A DNA stretch of 20,000 bases from an uncultured virus (IMG/VR IMGVR_UViG_3300018475_001835). Taxonomy: Duplodnaviria > Heunggongvirae > Uroviricota > Caudoviricetes. Below are positions 9,309 through 17,085 of the stretch, piece by piece. The stretch lies in the IMG/VR virus record IMGVR_UViG_3300018475_001835; one strand, written 5' to 3'. The notes below the pieces were generated by a model, which saw only the letters and a program-made list of their open reading frames with translations, was not told where the DNA came from and ran no database searches. The stretch's first letter is position 1, and the number at the start of each line of letters is the position of its first letter. The translations under genes and the position numbers were made by a program.

Positions 9309-10592
9309 ATGATTTTTAATAGTAATACAACATCACTTGGTGCTAATACTACTATTCCTATGGCTGAAGGCTATGACGCTCATTGCGGTGTAGGTTTAGC
9401 TCTCGTTGAGTCTGCTCGTAATGATTACTCAATGTTCAAAGCTATGATTCAGGCTGATTATAAAGAACTTGCTATTTGTAAAGAGTCAACTGGCGTTGTT
9501 ATGGAGGGCGAAATTGCTGCTCTTCACGAGGCAGTTGGTGGCGGTATCTTCAAGAAGATCGTAGAGCTCTTCAAGAAGCTTGTTGCTAAAATTAAATCAA
9601 TTTTCCACAATTTTGCTGCTAGACTTCAGGGTCTTTTCGGCAAGGATGCAGACCTCGTTAAGAAATATCAGACAGAGGTTCTTAGAAAGAGCAATATTAA
9701 TAAGCTTGAAGTTAAATGGCGTAAAAAGGCTGATAACTTTGATTCAGTTGCATTTGATCTTATCGACCCCACTGCATTTGACGGTTATGCAAAAGCAAAG
9801 GGCGAAAATAAAGATATTGAAGGTTGGGCTGAAGACTCTTGGGAGCGTGTACAGTTCTTCCTTAAGAAATCTGGTATCGAGAAATGCGAATCAACAAGCG
9901 AAGTAGTAACTGAGTTTGTAAATAAGAATTTTGCTGATGAAGATACACTCACAATCGGTGATGTAGGCGGCGTTCGTGCAATCTGTGATTTCTTAAGTGG
10001 TTATTCTAAGAAATTTGATACAATGCAGAAAAATATCAATAAGTCTACTACAAATCTTGAGAAGATTGTTAAGTCTTATAACGATAAAGCTAGCGAAGTA
10101 GCTGAGAAGTCAAATGATAAGGGCGTAGCTAATGTTGATGGTAAGTTTGTATCGATTAATCAGGCTAATCATATTTATGATATGGCAGTTGCTTATCAGA
10201 CAGCTGTTCTTGCTATTATGCAGGCTACTACTGACTGTGCTAAGATCGATTACAAACAGAACAAAGCTGCTTTCATGAAGGCTGTTACTGTAAGTGAGAA
10301 GAAGCTTGAAGAGTCAACACTTCTTGCTGCTGTAGCTGAGGCTGCTGAAGAGGAAGTTGAAGAGGTTCTTGCTGGCGCTCTTGAGAAGGAAGAAATTTCA
10401 GATGTAAGCGCAGCTTCTACAAATGTTAAGGATGCCGATGTTTCAGATGATCCTGATAAGCTTACTTATGGTCCTGATCAGTATACAGCTAACGCTAAGT
10501 TTGATGGTCCTGTTGATGGCGAGATCGATACAGACCCAAACAGCAAAGACTGTAAAGAAGAATCTGCTTTCTTCGGTAAATTATTCTATTAA
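9309..10592 (+). CDS. internal head/ejection-type virion protein, paralog 1 (427 aa)
   Basis: MIFN start; LHE/A followed by the amphipathic helix GIFKKIVELFKKLVAKIKSIFHNF; DLVKKYQTEVLRK block shared with paralog 2; acidic C-terminal tail after KLEES. Confidence 0.65.
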   Translation: MIFNSNTTSLGANTTIPMAEGYDAHCGVGLALVESARNDYSMFKAMIQADYKELAICKESTGVVMEGEIAALHEAVGGGIFKKIVELFKKLVAKIKSIFHNFAARLQGLFGKDADLVKKYQTEVLRKSNINKLEVKWRKKADNFDSVAFDLIDPTAFDGYAKAKGENKDIEGWAEDSWERVQFFLKKSGIEKCESTSEVVTEFVNKNFADEDTLTIGDVGGVRAICDFLSGYSKKFDTMQKNINKSTTNLEKIVKSYNDKASEVAEKSNDKGVANVDGKFVSINQANHIYDMAVAYQTAVLAIMQATTDCAKIDYKQNKAAFMKAVTVSEKKLEESTLLAAVAEAAEEEVEEVLAGALEKEEISDVSAASTNVKDADVSDDPDKLTYGPDQYTANAKFDGPVDGEIDTDPNSKDCKEESAFFGKLFY

Positions 10593-10624
10593 TTATAAAT
10601 TATCCAATAAAGGAGGATACAGTA

Positions 10625-11629
10625 ATGATTTTTAACGAGATGAAATCTAACACAGATTCTGATGTTATTGTTAATGAGAGCCCTTATGAACTTGGTATCG
10701 GCGGCGCTCTTATGCATGTATATGAAAATGAATGCAATTATAACGCTCTTATGAAAGCTGCTGCTCTCAGCGAGCTTAAATATTATAATGAAAATGGTGG
10801 CGACCTCTTTGTTCAGGAAGCTGGTGCATTCTCAGGTTTCTTAGCTAAGATTAAGGCATTCTTCCTCAAGGTTATTGAGAAGATTAAGAGCATTGCTCAT
10901 AAGTTCATGGCTAAGGTTAATCAGTACACAATGTCTGATAAGGACTTTGTTAAGAAATACCAGACAGAAATCCTTAGACGTGATCTTAAGGATTTTGAAT
11001 TCACTGGTTATAAATTCCCCAAATTCAATGCTGGCATTGAAAAAGATAATAAAGTATTAGTTAATGGTATTCCTGCTAAGGATGCAGATCAGGATACACT
11101 TAATGAAGTTATTGAGAAGAATCGTGGTAAAATCGTTGGTGGTTCTGCAATGACAGAGTCTGAGTATCGTGATGCTCTTAAAGAAAAATTATACGGTGAT
11201 AAGGATTCATTCCCTGTAGTTATTCGTGAGCAGTTTGATATTATTACTAAAACTAAAGATGATATTAAAGCTGTTGAGGATGATAAGAAATCTATCATTA
11301 AAGCTATCGAGGATATCATCAAGGCTACTGAGAATACATGGAAAGCTGATAATAAAGCTCTTAACGATACAGTTAAAGATTTAAAGGATGACGTTAAAGA
11401 AGAGAAAGAGGCTGCTCTTAAGCTTCTTGATCATCAGGTTTATGTATGGAAAGCATACTCAAATGACTTGACTGTATACTTTGGTGCTAAGGCTAAGTCA
11501 CTTGTTGACAGAAACCGTCAGGCTAAAGCTATCTGTGTTAAGGCTCTTTCATACAAAGCTAAGAATGAATCTGCTTCTGTAGAAGAGAGTGCTTATGGCA
11601 ATATCTTTGCTGGCGTTGAGATTCTTTAA
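10625..11629 (+). CDS. internal head/ejection-type virion protein, paralog 2 (334 aa)
   Basis: MIFN start; VQE/A followed by GFLAKIKAFFLKVIEKIKSIAHKF; DFVKKYQTEILRR; AAAGGAGG SD. Confidence 0.65.
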   Translation: MIFNEMKSNTDSDVIVNESPYELGIGGALMHVYENECNYNALMKAAALSELKYYNENGGDLFVQEAGAFSGFLAKIKAFFLKVIEKIKSIAHKFMAKVNQYTMSDKDFVKKYQTEILRRDLKDFEFTGYKFPKFNAGIEKDNKVLVNGIPAKDADQDTLNEVIEKNRGKIVGGSAMTESEYRDALKEKLYGDKDSFPVVIREQFDIITKTKDDIKAVEDDKKSIIKAIEDIIKATENTWKADNKALNDTVKDLKDDVKEEKEAALKLLDHQVYVWKAYSNDLTVYFGAKAKSLVDRNRQAKAICVKALSYKAKNESASVEESAYGNIFAGVEIL

Positions 11630-11663
11630 TCTATAAATACTACTTTATTTAAATAAAAAGAAT

Positions 11664-11695
11664 GGAGGGTGGGGTGACCCACTCTCCTACTCTTT
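11664..11695 (+). terminator. hairpin, possible partial terminator within the paralog array
   Basis: GGAGGGTGGG-GTGA-CCCACTCTCC (11664-11687): 10-bp stem with one G-U pair and a GNRA loop, followed by a weak tail TACTCTTT. Confidence 0.6.
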
Positions 11696-11725
11696 AAAAT
11701 AAAAAAATATAATGAAAGGAGTTTT

Positions 11726-12847
11726 ATGGATATTATGTTTGAACCTACAAATACATTAGCGTCTGCTAATTTTGATATTCTTAAGGTTGATGCTGTAGAA
11801 GATCCCCTTATAAATGTAAATAAATTAGCGACTATGGATTTTGAAGAAAACTATACAGCTAAAGTTGTAGATTTTATTAATGAATGTAGAAATGAAATTA
11901 CTGATAGAAAAATTTCTTTCTATAAGAGTTTAAATGAAGCAACGAATGAAAGAGCTGTACTTGAATCGTTCTCTGATTTCTTTACAGGTGTTAAAGATAT
12001 TATCAATAAATTTATTAAGTTTCTTAAGAAGCTTGTAGATAGATTTGTTGCTACTTTAATGAAACTTGTGAAATCAGATAATTATATAAAGAAACATAAA
12101 GATTACTTTAATCATCTTTCAGATATGGAATTTGATTTTAAAGGATATGAATATACATTCAAGCCAAATGTTCCAATGCCTGAAGCTGCATTAGGGTTCA
12201 ATAATTCTCTCTTTGATACACTTTATAGTAATGAAAAGAGACAACTTACAGTACAATCTGTAAAAGATTCTATTATTGGTATGGATCTTGAAAAGGATTA
12301 TAATAAATTCCGTGGTAGAGTTTTAGGTAGAGATGAAGAGATTTATATTTCTGAATTCTCTGAAGAATTATTTAAAGAGTATCGTAATGGTAGCATGAGC
12401 ACAGATAATATTACTGCTGATAATTCATATATTCGTAAATGTCTTAATAGATTCTTAGATTATAATAAAATGCTCAAAGAAATTACACATCAGCGTGATG
12501 AAATTATTAAGGCTTATGAAAGAGTACAGAAAGAAGTAGAAAATATTACTAAACGTAATACTGACTTAGATAAGCAGGCATTTTTATCTAGACTTCCTGC
12601 AGATAATATGATTACTGATATCGAAACTACTGCTGGTGGTACTTTAATGGCTGCCGAATTAATGACTCAGCTTGACGTATACGTACGTGCAAAGATTGAT
12701 CAGATTCAGGAATATTCTAATATTCATCTTTTAGCATTTGGCGGTAAACTTGATGCTATGAAAGAATGTTTGAATCAAGACAGAAATGTCTTATACGTAG
12801 CATTACGTAAATCAAATGTACCTTTCGATAAGAAGGGTGGAAAGTAA
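11726..12847 (+). CDS. internal head/ejection-type virion protein, paralog 3 (373 aa)
   Basis: VLE/S followed by DFFTGVKDIINKFIKFLKKLVDRF; SDNYIKKHK...FDFKGYEY aligns with paralog 2 (SDKDFVKKY...FEFTGYKF). Confidence 0.6.
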   Translation: MDIMFEPTNTLASANFDILKVDAVEDPLINVNKLATMDFEENYTAKVVDFINECRNEITDRKISFYKSLNEATNERAVLESFSDFFTGVKDIINKFIKFLKKLVDRFVATLMKLVKSDNYIKKHKDYFNHLSDMEFDFKGYEYTFKPNVPMPEAALGFNNSLFDTLYSNEKRQLTVQSVKDSIIGMDLEKDYNKFRGRVLGRDEEIYISEFSEELFKEYRNGSMSTDNITADNSYIRKCLNRFLDYNKMLKEITHQRDEIIKAYERVQKEVENITKRNTDLDKQAFLSRLPADNMITDIETTAGGTLMAAELMTQLDVYVRAKIDQIQEYSNIHLLAFGGKLDAMKECLNQDRNVLYVALRKSNVPFDKKGGK

Positions 12848-12848
12848 A

Positions 12849-14621
12849 ATGATTTTTTCATCTTATATAAATGAAGGTACATCACAAAATAAATCTAAAA
12901 ACAATTCTAAAAGTAAATTAACTTATGATAGAACTGGTCTTTTAAAAGATGCAACTAGACTTGTTAAAAGTGAATTAGGTTCTACTATATTACCTCATAC
13001 TACTTTTAGAATAGATAAAGAATATACCAAAACAGACTTTATTAAAGGTAAATGTGAGTTTATTACTATAGCTCACATAAGAAAATCTGCAGAACCATAT
13101 ATAGGCGATCAAAAAGAAAATGCTAAAGCTATTCTCGATATGTTAAATAGAAGCTGCGATAGTATAAATAAAAAATTACCTGATGGTTGTAGATTAATAC
13201 CTAAATATAAAGGAAATCCTAGTAGTGATGAAGAATGGGATGGTTGGAATATAAATTTAACCGTTCCTAAAACTGGAAATGAATTTCTAAAAGAATCATA
13301 TATAGGAGGTGACAAAGATTTGATATTTGAAGAGAATATTAAAGAATCTACTATCGATGAACCAGAAGTATTATCTTTCTCTGGTAATAATGGTGGAAGC
13401 TATATTCAGGATACTTTATATGAGTCTTACATTCAGGCTAAGATTGATGCTGAAGACCGTTTAGCTTTTGCTTTAAAAGAGTCTAGAATTATTTCTGAGT
13501 CTGATTATTCTAATATTAGAGTTCTTCAAGAAGCTAAAATGGGTGATAAGCTTAAAGCTAGATGGCATAAATTTGTTGCTTTCATAAAAAACATGTTTGC
13601 TAAATTTATGGAATCTATATCAAATATATTACTTAATGAAAAAAGTTATCTTGAAAAATATAAAGATATTATTCTTAAAAAGAAACCTAAAGATAATTTA
13701 GAATATTCATACACTGGAAATTATGAAGTTGGCGTTCAACGTATTATAGAACTTGAAGTGCCTTTATTTGAATATGAAAAATATAAAGATGCTCTTGAAG
13801 ATGAGGGCGATGGCGCATTAGTTAATAAACTTATGAGTAACAAAACTGGATTTTCATATACAGATGGTGAAACTCTTGCCGAACAATTTAAAGGTTATTT
13901 TCTTAATTTGGACGATGGTCAAAAATCTGGTAAGTTCTCTGAACTTGCTGATAAAATGACTACAATGTATAATTTCTGTTATAACTTTAATAAAATTCAA
14001 GGTATTGTAAAAGCAGATACTGCAAAGATTGATGAGTCTACTAGACGCATTGAGAAAATGATTAATGATAATATCGCAAAGAATGCTCAAAATAACACTC
14101 AGAAACCGGATAATACAGGTGATGAAAATTCTGAAGGTGAAGGTAAAGAGCCTAAAGAAATGACTACTGTTACGCCTGAAAATGAATCTACAATAAATTC
14201 TTTTGCTAGAACTATTTTTACAGAAGAAGAAAAACCTCAGAAAGTTAATATAAAAACTACAACTGATGTTTCTAAAGCCGTTGGTAGCACTAGCAATATA
14301 AACAAAGATGATGAAAAAGGCGCTGCAGATAATGCTACTGGTGCTACTGAAGGTAAGAATTCTAATGATATTAAAAATGCTGCTGATAAATGGATTAGAG
14401 TATGCAGTGCACTCATAGGTGCTAAGCTGACTGCATGCCAACAAATAGCAGATGACTATATGAAAATTATTAGAGCTCATGTACGTTCATATGTAGGTTC
14501 TGGTAAAAAGAATAAAGAAGGAGATACTTCTGCGGCTAAAGGTGCAGAGTATAAAGATAAGGCTGCTGATGCAAAACAGAAAGCTGCTGATGCTCAAAAG
14601 AATCTAGATAAATCCCTCTAG
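12849..14621 (+). CDS. internal head/ejection-type virion protein, paralog 4 with an extra N-terminal module (590 aa from ATG 12849; alternative 433-aa form from TTG 13320)
   Basis: Start moved from 12816 to ATG 12849, which gives MIFSS, sits 1 nt after the previous stop and has GGGTGG upstream. Core has LQE/A followed by KARWHKFVAFIKNMFAKFMESI and EKSYLEKYK...YSYTGNY. Confidence 0.65.
   Translation: MIFSSYINEGTSQNKSKNNSKSKLTYDRTGLLKDATRLVKSELGSTILPHTTFRIDKEYTKTDFIKGKCEFITIAHIRKSAEPYIGDQKENAKAILDMLNRSCDSINKKLPDGCRLIPKYKGNPSSDEEWDGWNINLTVPKTGNEFLKESYIGGDKDLIFEENIKESTIDEPEVLSFSGNNGGSYIQDTLYESYIQAKIDAEDRLAFALKESRIISESDYSNIRVLQEAKMGDKLKARWHKFVAFIKNMFAKFMESISNILLNEKSYLEKYKDIILKKKPKDNLEYSYTGNYEVGVQRIIELEVPLFEYEKYKDALEDEGDGALVNKLMSNKTGFSYTDGETLAEQFKGYFLNLDDGQKSGKFSELADKMTTMYNFCYNFNKIQGIVKADTAKIDESTRRIEKMINDNIAKNAQNNTQKPDNTGDENSEGEGKEPKEMTTVTPENESTINSFARTIFTEEEKPQKVNIKTTTDVSKAVGSTSNINKDDEKGAADNATGATEGKNSNDIKNAADKWIRVCSALIGAKLTACQQIADDYMKIIRAHVRSYVGSGKKNKEGDTSAAKGAEYKDKAADAKQKAADAQKNLDKSL
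13304..13322 (+). promoter_or_regulatory. internal ribosome-binding site with in-frame TTG start
   Basis: AGGAGGTGA at 13304-13312, then in-frame TTG ATA TTT GAA at 13320, giving (M)IFE like the paralog N-termini. Confidence 0.6.
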
Positions 14622-14671
14622 AGGCAATTAAATTTTATAAATAAAACTAAAATAAACTAAAGTAAGCTGCT

Positions 14672-14699
14672 TACCCCTAGGGATCACTCCCTAGGGGTA
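14672..14699. terminator. bidirectional intrinsic terminator between convergent operons
   Basis: Perfect 12-bp stem TACCCCTAGGGA-TCAC-TCCCTAGGGGTA, T-rich downstream on + and A-rich upstream. Confidence 0.8.
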
Positions 14700-14703
14700 T
14701 ATT

Positions 14704-15912
14704 TTATTTTTCTATTTTTTTAAGATTAATCATAGTTGCAAGATTGAACGCATCGTCTTCTCTCATAAAGCATTCACGTTTTCTATATACTAAGTAATCG
14801 CCATTATGATCTTTATAACTATTAATATGATTAATAGTGACTCTTTTATTTGGCGTAAATAAATCAGTATCTAAATCTGATTTCATTATATAGACTAAGA
14901 AGTTAGTACTATTTTTATCAGCAGCAATATTATCTAACATACCTTCATTATCATTAGCAAGTCTAACGCTAATATTTTTATCAGTAAGATATTTAGATTT
15001 ATTTTTTAATGAAATTATTGATTCTCCACTACTGGTCTTGCCGGTTAATACAGTTTGGCTTTTATTGACAATAGTATTATCATAAATCTGCGTATTTGCA
15101 TAGTTGACAGGTACCTGATAAGTTTTTGAGGTTCTATTAATAATTGTACCTATTTCATTAGCATTTGTTGCTAATACATCTTCTATCTCAATAATAACAG
15201 ATGTGTATAATTCTCCAGGTTTCTTTATAGCTTTACCAGATGAAGATAATAAATAAGTAAAATTAAAATCTTGATAATATCTAAATGGAGTACTATAAAA
15301 AACTCTTATATTATTTAAAGCTATAAGTGCTTTTGTAACAGAATTTTCTTCTGGTAAAAATAACTGATTAATTACTTTAGAATCTCCAATTGGCTCCATA
15401 ATAAGATTATTAAAATGACTCATTACTTGTCTTACTGGTTCTCCAATAGTTGTATTTTTTAATGTATAATTAAAACTCTTTTTATTATTATTAATATGAT
15501 CAACACACATTAATCCAATCGATACAGTTACATATGTATTACTTAAATATGTATCAGCTGTCTCTTCTGTATAGTCTACAGAGTCATTACTATTTACATT
15601 TTTAGGTAAAAAATAAGTAAACTTTTTTCTAAAGCATTCTATTTCTTGTTTTTCATCTGTAAGATTATCAAACTTATTTAATGCTATCATAATTAAATTT
15701 TCATTACAATTTACTATCATATCATCTATTAATTTTTTATCTAAAGTAAGATTAGCATATAATACAGGCATGCAATTAACTTCATAATTATGATCTATAA
15801 TAATAGACTTAATACTTTCATTTAATATATTAACGGATTTACCTCGTTTTTGATCTAAATATGCCATAGATATAGTATATCTATATTGAGTTGATCTAGT
15901 TTTATCTGCCAT
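14704..15912 (-). CDS. putative baseplate hub protein (gp27/Mu gp44/late-control-D-like)
   Basis: About 400 aa and beta-rich. SFNYTLKNTTIGEPVRQVM, LFLPEENSVTKALIAL and the C-terminal FTPNKRVTI...GDYLVYRKRECF...MINLKK follow the hub-family layout. SD AGGAGGTG; late-type promoter upstream. Confidence 0.5.
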   Translation of the reverse strand: MADKTRSTQYRYTISMAYLDQKRGKSVNILNESIKSIIIDHNYEVNCMPVLYANLTLDKKLIDDMIVNCNENLIMIALNKFDNLTDEKQEIECFRKKFTYFLPKNVNSNDSVDYTEETADTYLSNTYVTVSIGLMCVDHINNNKKSFNYTLKNTTIGEPVRQVMSHFNNLIMEPIGDSKVINQLFLPEENSVTKALIALNNIRVFYSTPFRYYQDFNFTYLLSSSGKAIKKPGELYTSVIIEIEDVLATNANEIGTIINRTSKTYQVPVNYANTQIYDNTIVNKSQTVLTGKTSSGESIISLKNKSKYLTDKNISVRLANDNEGMLDNIAADKNSTNFLVYIMKSDLDTDLFTPNKRVTINHINSYKDHNGDYLVYRKRECFMREDDAFNLATMINLKKIEK

Positions 15913-15930
15913 GTTAACACCTCCTAAGTA

Positions 15931-15943
15931 TTACTAGCATGTC
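15931..15943 (-). promoter_or_regulatory. putative late promoter, variant GACA-N6-TA
   Basis: Minus strand GACA-TGCTAG-TAA just upstream of the hub gene SD. Confidence 0.5.
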
Positions 15944-15970
15944 GTATACCATAAAAAATAAGAAAAAATC

Positions 15971-16002
15971 AAAAAAGAGCAGACGGGTGGATTTCTCCAC
16001 CC
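15971..16002 (-). terminator. intrinsic terminator
   Basis: Minus strand GGGTGGA-GAAA-TCCACCC (15985-16002) followed by GTCTGCTCTTTTTT. Confidence 0.65.
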
Positions 16003-16230
16003 ATATTATAAAACACACAGCAATAAAATATTTATTTCTTAATTGAAATAAAGATACATTAATATTTTTGATAATTACGGCTATTATAAATGTAGTATAT
16101 TTTATTACTGCGTACTTTAAATAATATTTAGATTGATATTAATAATGTATTCCAATATTTCAGATTAAATAGAAAAATAAATTTATTCTATTCATATTTA
16201 TAATATATGTGTTAAAAATGATAAAAAGGC

Positions 16231-16265
16231 AAAAAATATAAGTGAGGTAATTAAACCTCACTTAT
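16231..16265 (-). terminator. intrinsic terminator overlapping the stop of the small membrane protein gene
   Basis: Inverted repeat ATAAGTGAGGT / ACCTCACTTAT (16238-16265), followed on the minus strand by ATTTTTT. Confidence 0.7.
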
Positions 16266-16434
16266 GTTTATTTTTCTTTTTAGCTTCTCTTTCTTTCATA
16301 TATTTCATAAATTCTTCATATTCCTGATCTGTTATTGCAGGATCTTTACGATCTTTATTTCTTACTACATATGCAGCGATGCATAAATAAAAAAGTAGTA
16401 CTAATAAGATTATTGTTGCTATTATAGTCCTCAT
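16258..16434 (-). CDS. small single-TM protein (58 aa), not in the ORF track
   Basis: Hand-translated MRTIIATIILLVLLFYLCIAAYVVRNKDRKDPAITDQEYEEFMKYMKEREAKKKNKHK*. AGGGTAGGT lies upstream and a terminator follows. Confidence 0.7.
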   Translation of the reverse strand: MRTIIATIILLVLLFYLCIAAYVVRNKDRKDPAITDQEYEEFMKYMKEREAKKKNKHK

Positions 16435-16459
16435 ATGCTATTTACCTACCCTATGTATT

Positions 16460-16780
16460 TTAGCATGGTTCTACTTTAATATTATCGCATCTATTAACAA
16501 TTTCGCATAATACAGAACCATTTTCTTTTTTCATATTTCTTACATATGTTTCCATTGCATTAACTTCATTAGTACCAACTACTGCTACAGGGTTAGACCA
16601 TATTTGTGCTCCATTAATAGATTCATATTCACAAATCATATACATGGAACAATGTCTTAATTGTCCAACAAGATCTCTTGGCATAAGGCCATATAAATAA
16701 TCCAATCCATAATTAACAACAGTCTGATTCACTAATGGTAATAAATTTTCAGGAATTTTAAATTTAAACTTTACTGCCAT
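16460..16780 (-). CDS. hypothetical protein (106 aa from MAVKF)
   Basis: The in-frame ATG at 16780 has GAAGGCG upstream and overlaps the end of the previous gene; preferred over 16801. Confidence 0.7.
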   Translation of the reverse strand: MAVKFKFKIPENLLPLVNQTVVNYGLDYLYGLMPRDLVGQLRHCSMYMICEYESINGAQIWSNPVAVVGTNEVNAMETYVRNMKKENGSVLCEIVNRCDNIKVEPC

Positions 16781-17066
16781 CTTTATCGCCTTCTTTTTCA
16801 AAATTATTAAGCCATGCTTTAATATATTCTAAAGTACATTTTTCTTCTCTAAATATCATCTCACGTTTATCATCTTTTAATTTTGAATTAGATACTGATT
16901 GGAATGTTATTTCAACAATCCAAATTTTACCATCTCTAGTATCACATGAGCATCTTACATATTTAACTATTTTACGATCTTGCTTATAGTTTTCATACAT
17001 ATTACGCCAACTATGTTTATCGTTAATATATTCTAATAATTCAGCATATTCTTTAGGTGTCATCAT
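16764..17066 (-). CDS. hypothetical protein (100 aa)
   Basis: ORF with CGGAGA SD in the tightly packed minus-strand operon. Confidence 0.7.
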   Translation of the reverse strand: MMTPKEYAELLEYINDKHSWRNMYENYKQDRKIVKYVRCSCDTRDGKIWIVEITFQSVSNSKLKDDKREMIFREEKCTLEYIKAWLNNFEKEGDKDGSKV

Positions 17067-17085
17067 AATAACATATTCTCCGTTT

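Noticed and set aside
12816..12848. ORF-track start of the 601-aa protein at 12816
   Set aside because: It overlaps the previous gene with no SD. ATG 12849 gives the family-type MIF start right after the upstream stop.
14530..14600. KAADA-x-Q-K repeat (GCTGCTGATGC twice) at the end of paralog 4
   Set aside because: A short two-copy coding duplication in a low-complexity tail, not a CRISPR or DGR repeat pair.
15950..16257. CRISPR array or tRNA in the largest intergenic gap
   Set aside because: No regularly spaced direct repeats and no cloverleaf or T-loop (GTTCRA) signature were visible.
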